Shown one piece after another: positions 12,130-25,989 of a stretch of DNA of 64,000 nt; the stretch's first letter is position 1; every line of letters begins with the position of its first letter. The notes beneath the pieces were generated by a model. It had not been told where the DNA came from. It saw only the letters and a list, made by a program, of their open reading frames with translations, and ran no database searches. Both the position numbers and the translations under genes were made by a program. Source of the stretch: Sphagnum compactum (Eukaryota). Where the stretch lies: NCBI GenBank assembly GCA_965153455.1, contig OZ234493.1, positions 33,656,213 to 33,720,212 on the forward strand, in the 5' to 3' direction.

Positions 12130-13829
12130 ATTAAAAACTGCCCGTTTCAATTAGTATGAACTAAACTAGAATTGGTTCAATGATTTTTTTAATTGGAAGT
12201 GAAATTGGAGCCTGATTTTATTTCTTAAAGAACCAGATGCAGAACTGGATTTCTCAAATCTATTTATTGTGAAGCCCAAATCAGAACCAAGACTTTTGAA
12301 AACATTGAACAATGTTTTTATAGAAAAAACATCTGGCAAGGGAGGTTAAGTGGCAGTTCCGGTCTGGGTACTAAGAACCGAAGTGAAACTAGGTCTAATG
12401 TTCACAACTGGAACCATAATTCTTTTGGGTTATGAATCTAGAACCAAATTCCTAGTTTCATGTATTGTAACCAAGCCGGTCATGGTACACTTAAGTGCTC
12501 AATGCATAATAACTTCTTCATCATGCATCCATTGTAGATGGACTACAAAGACAAGTTCTAGCTTAGATCTTGGTGCACCTAGAGCTTTTTGGATCATGCA
12601 AAATGGGGTTGGTTTGAGTGAAAGATGGCTAACAAAAGGAAGGGTGATCAAAAGTTCTCAAAAAATCTAGTTGGATCAGAGAAATTGCTATGAACATGTG
12701 TTGTCAGCCTTACAACCTATAACAAAAGCCTGAATGGTAATTGTTGGGACCTTCAGCACCACACCAAACTGGATGGATGTTGAAAACAAACACATTCTTG
12801 CTAAAACATTGTTTACTTTCTATTTATAGCTGAGATTTTGATTAGAAATAGGGCTCGTGAATCAATGGTGATGGGATTGTTGTTGTTCCATGAACCATAA
12901 GTTTGAGAATGTTAAAAGGTGTCATCATGTGTCTCTGGGTGTGGGTGTTTCGTGATCATGAAAAGTTGGCCTATTTCACCCCACAATGCATGTTAAGAGC
13001 TTTGATGGTGGACCTTGTTGGGGAGCTCCAATGTCTTGGCTAGCTTTTTGTGGTGCAATGTTCTTCATGATCTTTTGGTCCGTTGTTGTTGAACAAGTGG
13101 GTGATGTCATTATTATGAAACATTTCACAATGTCTTTGCATATTATAGTAGTCAAAACCCAAATAAGTCAAATTCCAAAAAAAATTCACTTTTTGGTCTA
13201 ATATGATGTGATGTTAGAATATATTTGTGCCAAAAATATATATGTTATAGCGTTTTAAAAAATGCAAATATATTCCAAACATGATTGAAATGGATTTTAG
13301 TCTTTGTGAAATTTGTAATATCTATTAAACATTATGATTCCATATGATTAAAATAAGTTTGTGAACCATGTGAAAAGTTTGATAATTATCATATCAAAAA
13401 TGGGTGTTTTTGGGGGTGATGACCATAAATATGTGATAAATTAACATTTTGATAAACTATCATTTTTAAGTGGAAGATGACAAGATATGTGAGGTGGATC
13501 ATTTTTTAAATTACATTTCAAAAAAATTTTGACTAATTAATTCAAACCCAAACCTAGTGTAATCCAAAAATAGAAATAGGTTTTATTATATTACATATAC
13601 CATAAATATACCCATTATTTTTTCAAATAATATTAGATGTCATTAACTTTGTGAAAATCAAAATATGAAACCCAAACACCAAAAATGAAACCCAAAATTA
13701 AATGCAACACATTTTGTAGAAATATACTTTACATACATGTAATGAAAGTGCCCAAAATGGCCCCCCTGTAGTGTGCTTTCACCTAAGTCCAAATGTTATT
13801 GAAATGTTAATCACGTTCCTGTTCCTGCC

Positions 13830-14185
13830 TTATGTTCATCACATTTTTTATTACTGCTCATCACTTTAATGTTCATTGTGGTTTTTTTGTTTTGTTCATC
13901 ATCTTGCTGTTCATGTTTTGTCCTTTGCAAGTGTTCATCGCCTTAATGTTCATTGCGGTCCTCTATTGGTGTTCATTCTCTTGATGTTTGTCATAATCTT
14001 CTATTGATGTTCATCACTTTGATGTTCATTGTGGTCTTCTATTGTGCTCATCACTTTAATATTCGTTATGGCACTTTGCTAATGTTTATCCCCCTAATGT
14101 TTGTCATAGTACTTTGTTAATGATCATTGCCTTGATGTTTGTCATGTTCCTAAGTTTTACAAATGTTCATCAACCTCATGTTTGG
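13830..14185 (+). repeat. Degenerate tandem repeat (TGTTCATCACTTT(G/A)ATGTTCATTGTGGT motif)
   Basis: Recurring TGTTCAT units. Confidence 0.65.
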
Positions 14186-14959
14186 GTGTAGTCACAATCC
14201 AACAAGCTATAAAGGGGGTCAAATCACAAAAAACAGGGTCAAAATTGGATAAGTATTTATGTTTTGCCATTTAAAGCCATGGCAATCATAGCAAATTATT
14301 ACTTTTTCATTCATATGAATGTCAAGGAATTCAAACCAAAAATCCATTTGATGAAATTTTAAGTTTAGGTTTTGATTCAAGACCTTTAAAACTGAACTTT
14401 TATGGTGTCAAATAGGAATCAATTTTGCAAAGGATTTTCAAAAGGACTCATATAATAAAACACATTTGGTGGAAAAAAAAGAAAAGATAAAGACTTATTA
14501 ACCACATTGAAAAAATAATTATATTCTAAAATATGTGGAATTCTAAAATTTCAAAAAAAATTAAAAACTTTTCAAAATTGATCTAGAATTTTAGAACTTT
14601 GAAAGTCCTTTATCACATATAAATGAAGTATAATCTACATGGTGTTAAAAAACTTGTAGTTTATTACAAAAGAAAACATAAAAATGTATAAGTTGAATTT
14701 TTGGTTACGATTTGAGATTGTTATCGTTTTTATAAATAGAACATTGAATTTACAAAGAATCACAACACTTTCAAATTTTCATATTTATTCAAAAATGATA
14801 AATAAAAAAACTTGTCATGTACGGGAATAATTATAAGCATTTATTAAATAACAAATTGCAAAAACATTGTTCCAAAATTCATTCATATCAAAAAAAATTT
14901 GGGAGAAAAAGACATGCAAGTCTTTTTTTAAAATAATCATGTTAGTTCATTGTATTTTT

Positions 14960-15380
14960 TTGCACCCATTTTCCATGTTTTTTCCTTTATTGCAAGTCAA
15001 GATCATCCTTTCCCCTTCTGCCCATCACCCCCAAATATTCCCAATTAACTTTTTAAACATTGTAGTTTTATTATTTAATGTGATCCTTCATTGCCATCTT
15101 TGTTAATCAACATCATGTTTTCCATGTTTTGTTTTCTATTTAAGTCAAGTTCATCCTCCCCTGCCTTTGCCCCCCCCCCCCCCCCCCAAATCTTCCTAAC
15201 TTGTCCTCCAAATGTTGTGGAACACTACAACCTTACTATAGTGTGACTTTTTACTACCATCCTTGTTCATTGACATCATGTTTGCCATGTTTTGTTTTCG
15301 ATTACAAGTCAAGCTCATCTTCCCCCCTCCATGCCCCCAAATCTTCCCGGCTAGTCTTCCAAATGCTATAGAATGTTGTA
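14960..15380 (+). repeat. Three diverged tandem copies of about 150-165 bp
   Basis: CCATGTTTT...AAGTCAAG.TCATC.TCCCC...CCCCAAAT recurs near 14970, 15120 and 15285. Confidence 0.65.
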
Positions 15381-18300
15381 ACATTGCTACAATGTGACCC
15401 TTGGCTACCATCCTCTCCCTTGCCCATTACCTTGTCATCGTTTGAACTATTTACAATAGCCCAAATTCACACTTTTATACCCTAGTGGATGTGCCCTAAA
15501 ACCTAATTGATAGTATTGGTGAAAGTGGTTTCCAACGTCTCTTATTATTGCATGGTAAACCACGATGCCAAAAATCATGCCCTTGCACATTTGTTTGCGA
15601 CCTTGTATTCTATTCATTCAATGGTTGTCAGCAAATATATTGTTTTCCTATGTCACTTGTCGTCCCTTTCCCTTCACCTTTCTTTGTTAGCCTTTTCCAT
15701 CATTACCTTGTCCAATTTTTTTTCCTTAGGATTACTAAATGCTCATCAAAGTTCACAACAATAGAACAAGAATAATCCATTAGTGGTTCATTGCCCCTAG
15801 TTTATTTTATAAGTAGTTAAAGTAAGGCTAGTAAATTATGCATGCTCAAGGCATTTTTGGTCAAGTTTATGCAGCTTTGGTTTTTTTTTTAATTACTATT
15901 CACTAGAGCTAATTAACTAGATTGACTATAAATTCTTGTGATACTACCATTTCATATACCTTAACCTGAGTTGAAAAGGTAAAATGAGCATGTCTAATCC
16001 AAACACATGAACCTACTTTATTGATTTCAACATGACGTGGGAACCGTGTCCATCCAAAATCAGTAGATGGTGATTGGTGTTAAAAATTTCACCCCACTAC
16101 AAAAAATCATAGTTTTTAGAAAGGTTCAACTTGACCAAAGTGTTCACATTGACCAAAAGGATGTTCATTTTGGCTAAAGGCATGGAACATGAAAAACACA
16201 TGGTTATTTAAGTTGGTTCTTTTGACTGAAATGATCATTTTGACCAAATGTTAAATTGTACATCTAGTCAAAAAGGACAATTTTTTTAAATGGTTCATCA
16301 AGATGCCCATGGCCTAATCAAATAAGCCATATTGAATGGCCATGTTCAGTCAAATATATTATTTTGGTTAGTTAGCATACTTGCTATGCTTACTAAAGTA
16401 TTACCTACCTATAATATATACCTACCTATGTTTTACCTATACCTACCTACTACCTACCTACATACCTACCTATAATTTACATAAGTAGGTAGGAGGCCAT
16501 GGTGGTAAGGTAGGTCATGGGTGGGTGAATAAGTAGATACTTTGTATTTATTTATTATTTACAATTTATATTTACAAATTGAGTTTTTTTTTAATTAATT
16601 TTTTTTGGCTGCCTAATTTTTAATCCAATTTGATTAGTCAAAAAGACCATTGGTTTGACATTGCTTGATGTTGGGAATACTCAACAAATGATCACCTAGT
16701 TGAAAAATGCATTCAACCATATACCAATATAGTAAATGAGTTGACTTAATTAATAATTATCATAATTTTACTTAAAATATTAATCCCAATTGCAACAGAG
16801 TTACAAATGACATGAGGTTGAAAACCTTTTGGTAAAAAAGAGCATATTCTGCTAGTGTCTATTACATCAACATTTAATCTTTCTAGCTTCACATGCTTCA
16901 ATTTCATATTTGCATTTTGTTGTTCATGAGGAGGAGACATAGTGCTCATAGCTGAAAGAAGATGGAGAGGAGTTGTGAGACATGCTTTCTATATAAATGG
17001 ATTTTCCTTTGGCTAAGTAACTTGTGCACACATATGATATTTGGAGGGAAATGCAAACCTTAAATCTTTTAGATTTAGGAAAATCATTGAGTTGTGTTCC
17101 CATTCTTTGGTGAGGAATGTGTTTATTGCATATTTAAAGATCTTATTATGTTAAGGCATCCTCCATTTACTGATAGGAATTAATGTTTTTACAAGACACT
17201 AGAAATCATCGACTTTATGGTCATTTGGGCTCATTTGCATGCCCCAAATTATGATAACCCACCCCCTTCGACCAAACATTCCCATTTTTTTGTTACCCCA
17301 ACTTTCCCATATGGGGCACTTTCACCCGTTTCCATACATTTTTCCCCCCATTTATGTACACAATTTTTTTCATTAACAAAGATATTACTTCTTCAGTCTA
17401 GTGCTACATCTTGCCCATGACCAAACAGGTTAAATAAAAAGTCCTCATATTTGCCTCCAAGCATGATCAATAACAGGCCCAATATTATGCAACACCACAC
17501 TCATGACCAAACACAACCCCATTTTTTATGTACAAAATCATCTTAATTGTGCATGGCATACATGCTCATTATGGAACACAACCTTTTTAAGGTGGGACAA
17601 AATGTCATAACAAAGAACACAAAAGTTTGTGATGGTGCGTTAAGCCATAGGTGGTTTTGTGTCCAGCCAACAGTGTTTGACTAACCTTTGGTAGGCTAGG
17701 TTCTGAATACAAAGGGTGTCCCATTTGTAGGCATGTGTACCATGATGGACTTGATTACCCTACAACAAGTTGGAAGCATGGTTTTGTTTTTTCAAATTCC
17801 TCAAGAAGGTCCACTAGCCAGGATCCCCCATATTAAATGGCGACTGTCGTATGTGGGCTGTAACATTTTTACATTTAAGTGCTGCTATAAGTGACGACCT
17901 AGGAAGTACCTAGGTCAAGATGTGGTTAGTTTAATTTTTAAAATATTTTTTAATGACAAAAAAAATTTTAAAATAACTTTTTTGGATTTTTTTGCGAAGT
18001 TGCAAAACTTTTCCCCAAAACAAAAACTAGTTGGATGGTTGCTTCATTTCTTTTCAAAAAAATTAAAATGAAAATATTATTTTTTATGTAAGACTTTAAG
18101 GAACAAAAAAATATATAGTACAAAACAGGAAAATTTGCAAATTTCAAGGCTCCTCTAAATGTCTACAAAACTCCAAATCATAATGCAAACATGGGTTGTG
18201 ATTCCTAGATTTCAAAATAGATTTCCGAAAACAAACTTTGGTCACCTAGATGACCCACATGACCATCTTACCAATGATTGTTTTTTCAATTTTGTAATTT

Positions 18301-18817
18301 GGTCAAGGTGGCAATGATCAAGAAGTCAATTTAGCTGATTTTTTTTATGAACATGAAAGGAAAAGAAATTAAACATCTCTACTTTTTTTGAATTTTTAAA
18401 TATTAGGCAAAAAATTTCTTTCAAAAATTCATTGGATTTGCAACAAAAAATGCCCAATAATTAGTAACATGCAAAATTTTGCACCCAAAAAAATGGCTAC
18501 CTCTTACAACTTGGATTATAAATTTCCCGTACGTTGTGCTCAAACTCATTAATTGGGAGAAAATTTCTAATTTCTAGAGTTAACATGAAAATCTTATTGA
18601 TTTTTATCAACCTCTGAATAGGTAGTCATTTTGCAAAATGGTAGAATCCCCATCCACTTCAACATTTAAGCAACACCCCATGGTTTGCCAAGTTTAAATC
18701 CCATTTACTCTTGTTCAGTTGATGTTAGACACAAACATTCGACCCATTCAAGTATCTAACCATGTTGCAAATATGGGTTAGAATATGGAACCCATCTCAA
18801 ATTAGTTGTGCACCAAC

Positions 18818-19098
18818 CAACACTTTTTTTTTTCAAAATTTTTCCATTTTGTGAAATTTTTAAAAATAAAACAAAACTTTATCAAATATCGCCTTTTTAA
18901 AAAAATTACCAAAAATGGATAAAATTTTCTAAAAATCACCATGTGTTTCTACTCATTGTTCAAGCAAGTAGCCAGGATATAAAAGGATTTTAATAAATTT
19001 GTACTTTTATAGCTAGTCTATAGCCAAATGTGACTAAATCTATTTGTGTATGATTACCGATGTGACAACATCACAAAATTGAAAAAAAATAAATTTAT
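18818..19098 (+). mobile_element. MITE present only in duplicate A
   Basis: Flanked by a CACCAAC duplication. The paralogous site near 44065 is empty (TGTGCACCAACTAGAC). Confidence 0.65.
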
Positions 19099-21086
19099 CA
19101 CCAACTAAACACCAAATTATTGGTTATGTGAAAATTAAAAATCTCCACACTTTGGAATCATGTGTGCATTATATGACATAATCAATCATCAACAACAAGC
19201 AAACATTTTGAAAAGGGAACCACCCGCCTATAAGGACTTGTGTTTTAGTTTTGAAAATGCCTACATTATTTATATTTATTTTCTACAATGATACCATACC
19301 CAGCTAGTGGTTGGTCCCACCAAGTATCATGAAAAAATAAAATAAAATAAAAATGATGCACGTTGATTTTTATGCCATGTAATGCCTATGGTAGTGGGCA
19401 TTATTGGAATCAAGCCTCCTTGCACTATGCCAAAACATAGCAAATATGAATACACCCATGACTAGGTTCATAATAATAAATACTATTCATGACTACATGA
19501 TTATGTAATGAACATGAAAATGTAAATTATCCATTAATTGTATTTTTTTCCCAATCATAAATCCTATGGAATATGTTGTATATTTCAATTTAATCTAACC
19601 ATTTGATAGATAGGTAAGAGTAGGTAAGTAGGTAGGTAGGTAGATAAGACTAAGTACATAGGTAAATAGGATCCTTTTTTTTTTTTGGTGACAAGCCTTT
19701 TTTATTGGTTTGTCACAAAAAATATTTACACTTTGAATATATTTAGTGCATGTATTGTGAATAGATTAATATTTTTTCATCTAGTTATATATTTTACAAA
19801 ATTAAACTTGTTGACAAAGATATGGGATAAATTTATAACATCATCTCACATCATCTTTTGTCCCATACAAAAGTACCCAACTTTGACTATTGTCTTTTTC
19901 ATAGGTTTTTGTCCAAATGAAAATAAATTTCATTCTTAAACATTTTCCCAAGATCTACACATCTTTATGAAAATTTCAACCAAAATATCAAGTAATTTGA
20001 CCAAAAATGCATTTGGATTTTCACCATTTCATACATTTGAACAATAATGATATCTTGAAGACTTTTTTTTTTCATAAAAAATGATTTGTAAATAAACATA
20101 TTTAAGGCAAAAGTTCTAAATATTATAGTGTATTAGTTTTTTATTTGTGCACTAATTATGTGTTTGATCATCTATAAGCTTATAATATGCTTACTAAGTA
20201 CATATGTCTACCTTCTAGATCTTTTCCCTTCTAGATGTTCATGAAGAAGATTTTTAGTCACATAGTCTTATCCATTAAGACTTTTAGTCATGTAGTCATA
20301 TCCATGGTTACAAGAATATGACTAAGCACAAAAACATGACATATATGATTATATGAGCAAAAAATGGTTATTTATCATATTTGTTTTAATCATAAATGTC
20401 AAATTTTGGCATAGAGTCAGTTTCGCCTCATGTGAAGCCTTATTCTGGTAATACCTAAAATGTTATTTCACATTAAAATACCTTTGTGCAAATTGCAACC
20501 TTTACGTTACTCACTTTTCAAATATCTTCCCCTAGTTTCATGCAAGTTTGACATAATCCACATTTGTGACAATCTAAATATCAATTGTGGCAATTAATGT
20601 TATTCATGGCTAGGAGAATTCTATTGTAACTCAAACATGGGGTTCTTTGTCATGCCCAATCGTAAACTATTCCAAGGTTTTTCTTTGTACTTGAAAGCAC
20701 TTCCCAATTCAAAGGATGCATTTGTCAATCAACCTTTTGTTCTTCATTTGCAAACCTTCCACCATCCCTAAGTTAAACCAATGTTGTAATGTTATCTAAG
20801 GTGCAACCTAGGTATATAGTACAGGTATGAGTATCCCCTCTACATTATGCAAATTTGCCATAAGCCCAAAGAAGTATTATGAGGGTCATTGTTGCTTCAC
20901 CACATGCCACAATCACAATATAGTTCATAAGCAAGCCCTTGGAAATGCCTTTTTAAAAAAATGGTGTTTAACAAAAGAACCCCCTTCAAATACAAGCTAA
21001 TATGAACTTATTTGGGTTGTTAACTACACCTTTAAATTGATAATCAAACTAGAAGTTCAATCCAATTTCTAGTTTGGTTCATGTAA

Positions 21087-21998
21087 CCAAAACCATCTCA
21101 TCAAAGACATCCCAAAATTTGTAACGAAGGATTTGCATCCCCAAATGAATGCCCCATCCAAATAATGCAACAACTTTTTATCTCGTTGGATTTAAAGGTG
21201 CTGGGAGTGGGACTGTAGCAATCCTTGGTTACAGTCACGAATGCTAATGATGTGAAAGTGGAGACCCTAAGTGAAAGTGCTTGGGAAAGTTCATTGGCCT
21301 CTATGTTCATGGAATTCCCAAATTTGGGAACTTTTGAACTTATTAGTTTCAAGATGCCAAAGATGGAAATGGACAATCTCCAATCCATGAGCTTGTCAGC
21401 AGAACAAGTTGCAAAACAATTTGGAGTGGGTTTGAAAGACTTCCATGGAGATCACTTCATTATGGTGAATGAGAAGGAACAAAGCAACACGTTTTATCCT
21501 CTTATATGGAAGGTGGCTAAAGAATACAAGGCATTCAAACAAGGTAATCTTCATGTGACCGAACAACCTTCAGAAGGTGGATCATCTACAGGAGCTTCAT
21601 CAAGTGGAAGCATTCAACAAGGAAAAAAGGAAGGTGAAAGTGTACAAGGTCGGTCAATATTCAAGCTAGCAACTTGGTGGAAATGGGGGAAAGGTGATGA
21701 AAAGAATGATGAAGACAAACCACTAAGTGGGGATCCACCACCTGATTCTGGACCTTCAAGTGAACCAGAGAGGGTTCCTCCTATATTCACAGTGAATGTC
21801 TATCCAGAGGCAGGGCGCAGATTCTGAGATGCCGCTGAAATTCCACCACAAATTAGGACAGCATCTATCAAGCCTAAGATGAGGATTGAGTTTTTTCGAA
21901 ACAAAAGCTCGTCTAAATTCCTTCGTGTCACAACACAAACACAATGCAATCTTGGTCAATTTGCTACCCAAAATGACTTCGGCATTAATACAAGTTAG
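21087..21998 (+). pseudogene. Disrupted fragment of an unidentified protein-coding gene
   Basis: One frame stays open for about 300 codons apart from two in-frame stops (TAG 21216, TGA 21825) and includes the 200-aa ORF 21225-21827. Composition is protein-like. The segment is absent from the paralogous interval (about 44365-44660). Confidence 0.5.
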
Positions 21999-23071
21999 TA
22001 GAGGGTTTGTCTCCCTTACTAAAACTTTCATAAACAATGTAGTGCCCTTGAAGCGCATATTCTAGAATCCACAAAAGGCAAATTAGTAATTGTTTCCTCA
22101 TAAAAGTTGATAATGGGATGATGCATCAAAGAAAGATTTGCTTTGCACCAATTACACATTTGCCCAACAATTGCAACTCTCACTTGTGATTTGCAAATTT
22201 GTCCAAATGGTTACTTTGGGGCAAGTTTGGACCAATGTTGTGCAAGTATTGAGTTTTAAAAGAACATATTGTCCCAATTATTATAACTTTGGTTACCCCT
22301 TTGGATAAGGTTTTCAATTTTTTAATAACTCTTCTAAAAACTTTGGTTATAATTTCGTTTATTTCTTGCAACTCATGATGATTATTGAGTATGAGATTTA
22401 AAGTTGTTGAAGTGGACGCAATTCTGAATATGGTTAGGATTTAGGGTTACGGTTTCAAAAGTTCTCATTTGATGACTTGGATTTTATCATTTGATTTTCC
22501 TACACATCATACAATGTAACAAAACTTACAAAATAAATAAATAAATAAATTTAAATGCATATTACATGTGAGCATAATGCAAGGTATGTTTATAATAGAA
22601 ATGATGTAAAAGTTCTTATCTATAGCTCAAAGTCTTAGCATTCTATAATCATCTATAAGATGATTTTTTATTCAAAATGATGAAGAAAACCTTAAACCCT
22701 CATAGTACTTAATTAAAACAATGAAATTAGGGCGCCTCGATGGTTTCCTCCACTGAAAATAGGCAAGTAGAATATTTCAAGTTTTACCTTAATTCTACCA
22801 CGATTGGTGATTTGTAGCTAAGGCTCCATCAAGTTCTTAATATTTAGATCCAATTAGGTCACATTTTTATAGATGGATCTAGAACCACCAATTTTAAAAC
22901 TTGGATCTGGGTTCCTGCACAACATTGGTTTGGACTAGCTTTGTGCAAAATTTTATTAAATTTTTTTTAAGAACCATGATTACATACCAAAACTAGTTAT
23001 TTGATGTTTTGACAATCATGATTTGAAATTTAAAAACCGCCCAAGACTGGTTAGGACTGGTCTGTTAGGAC

Positions 23072-23914
23072 CAGTGCTAGCCAATTCTCATTTTTTACCC
23101 GTTAATAGGTACATGGACCTCTAGTTCAAAATTTTGAAAAGAAATTCAGAATTGCAACAACCATCCTTTAACTAAAACTGGAACCAAAACCTGACTCTAA
23201 ATTCAACACATCCAGCTTTCGATTCTGAAAATTTTTAATTTAAAAAATAACTAAAAATCTAAATTGTAGAAATAAATTTAATTTTTCTATTTTAAATAAT
23301 TTTAATTTTAAAATAATTTTAAATCTTAAATCTTAAAAATAATTTAAAATGAAAAAACGAAAAAATTACATTATAGAAAATAATTTTCATTTTAATTATT
23401 TTCATTTTAATTTTAATTTTCTGACTAGGGCTAGAGATGTTGTTAGTTTTGAATAATGACAGTAAAACGTTGTAGAATAATAATTTGGGGGTGGGTGACG
23501 TGGTTATGAGGGATGTAGGTCTTACTTTTGGGACATGTCTCAAGCATGCAATTTCTTTTAGGAAAATTTTAAAAATTGGTGAGCTTGGACACATAGTTGA
23601 TATTTCATTGACATATTTTATTGGTGGTACAGTGCTAGTCAAAGGAAGAAAATAAATCAGTTTTGGGTTATGAGTATGTAAGTAGAACTGGATCCAGTTT
23701 AGAACCAGATCCGTCTAGGAAGTTGTTTTTAAGAATTGGGAACCAAGGTTCATGAAATGTGAGGGAACCAAATCCAAAACTGGACCAAAGGTTCTATCAA
23801 AAATTTCAAAATCCTGCAACTGGAACCAGAAGTTCTTTCAAATCCTTTTTTAAAAGTTGGAACTGGAACCAAAGGTTTTCTTGAAAGGTAGGAACTAGGA
23901 ACCAGCCAACACTG
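23072..23914. mobile_element. hAT-type MITE
   Basis: CAGTG...CACTG ends, perfect 8-bp TSD GTTAGGAC, internal GGAACC repeats. Confidence 0.75.
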
Positions 23915-25989
23915 GTTAGGACCAGTTTTGTCTAGTTTTAGTTTTTAAGGAGAACTTTCATTGCAGTTTCCTAGTCTTCAACAAAAATTGATGAAACATT
24001 TGGTTTCAGTCCTATCTAAAAAGAACTATGGTGCATTCACACTTGATGTTAAGTCAGTGTGAAATGAAAATCTAGGTGGCATACTAAGTGGCACCCAATG
24101 TTAATTGAGTGATAGCTTAATGTTAAGTGAATTTTAACTTAACATAAAACGTTCATGGTAAGTAGGTGTAAGTCCTAAATAACTAGCTTGGTGGTAAGGG
24201 ACTCAACACTAGAACTGGTCCAGGTCATATCAGCTTTAAAGGACACTAGGGGACAATACCAGAACTGGTCCAGTTAAGAAACCCAGTTCCATCCCTCTAC
24301 ATGGAGCTTGACATTGAAACTATTGTAGCTACTACCATCATTCAACCAATGAAAATTGGCCACCTGAATAAGAAGTACACTTACTTGCAACCTTTTTAAA
24401 AGAAAAAACCAAAACGAAACTTATGTGCCCAGAAAAGAAAAAAAAAGGTACATAGAGAACCCTAACCAGTGCTTTGTTTTTCAACAAATTTTGTCATCTT
24501 TTTTACCAAAAACTTGGGAATGTTTTTGAATGTTTTTTCTAGTGTAAATTCAACTAGTTTTTTTTTTTTTTTGTAATCCAAGTTTTTGACATGACAAAAT
24601 TGAAATAAAGAACCCTAACCATAACCTATATAAAAACGGTTCAGAGGCTGATTCTTGTTTCAATATCGGTTTCAACTGGATATCGATTGTAGTCCTGGTT
24701 TCCAATATGAGGCCAGTTCCAATCTAGGTTCAGTTTCCCCATAACTATAAACTAATCTACGAATTGAACCCAGAACCAACCCACACTAATTACCCCATGC
24801 ACTCATATGGTAGGTTGTTTGAATGATATGATTTCACATTAATACTGCAATACACATTTATTCCACTTGGTAAAACTCTGAATGTTGCAATACACATCTT
24901 CAAAGCCATTTCTGCTTTAAAATTGGTATGTATGAAAATTTTCACAAAGTGCTGGGTTTCATAAATTTGAGAACAATCAATTATCTAAGATGATTCTCAG
25001 AAGCCAATTGTCAGATTTGTCTATTAATCACAAAAGCCATTGTCAAAACAAGACAAGCAAGACAAGCGTTAGGTTTTACAAGCAACACTGCTAAGAAAGA
25101 AGAAAAACCTTAAAAGCTTTGGGTGCTTCGTATGGTTTGTGTTTTTCCCAAGGTTTTGATTCCACAAATAAACTAAGTAATCCCAACAAGCTAGGTTTTA
25201 TTAAAAAGAAGACAAACATTCAAATATGGCCATTCATACAAATGTAATTTTTTTCTCCTTTCATCTTGACATTTTCTCTTCCTCTTATTTTTAAAACTTT
25301 AATGCAATTGTTCAAAAGATTAATTCAATAAGGCATTAACGAAGGGGTTTGTTGCAATTGTTGCAATTGACAAACATCAATTAGAGCCCAATGTACTTGT
25401 TCAATCCAACCATCAACTATGCACAAAAGGATAAATGCCCATTGTCATTTTTGAAAGTGGTGCATATTTTTGAAAACTTATGTACTTGGTTGCAATTGCA
25501 ACGACCAACTTTTTTTTTGTTTTCACAAGAAAAACCCTAAAATCTAACCACTACTCAAATCAAGAAACTTTCTCTACTACCTAAGAACCCATTATGTTTG
25601 GGAAAATGAACATCCAAAAAAAATTCAAAACCTTACCCAAAGATTTCCAAAAAACATCAATAGAAATTACCAACCCCAAAGGATTTTCCAAAAAACAATA
25701 ATCACACAACACTAATAATAACTGGCCAAAAACAACCAACATTGGTTGGTTATTGTTTTTTAATTTGAAGAACCAGCCAAGTCCAAGTTCAGGTATCAAT
25801 AACCCATCATAAAAAATATATATTTAAAATTTGATAAATAACTTACTTGTTTGGCATTGAATTTTCAAATTTAATAACCTACCTAAATGACATACTAATT
25901 ATCATCCAAATAGGTCGTCAACCCAAAAATATTAAACATGTTTATGATACAAAATAGGAATATGCTTCTACATACAAAAAATTATGCAA

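Larger units (their letters stand above)
4350..24900. repeat. Segmental duplication, copy A
   Basis: Collinear homologous blocks with copy B: 4360-7700/29620-33640, gene and 5' region, 18130-18820/43050-44070, 20500-20770/44100-44365, 22010-22240/44660-44860, 24290-24900/45510-46200. Ends are approximate. Confidence 0.8.
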
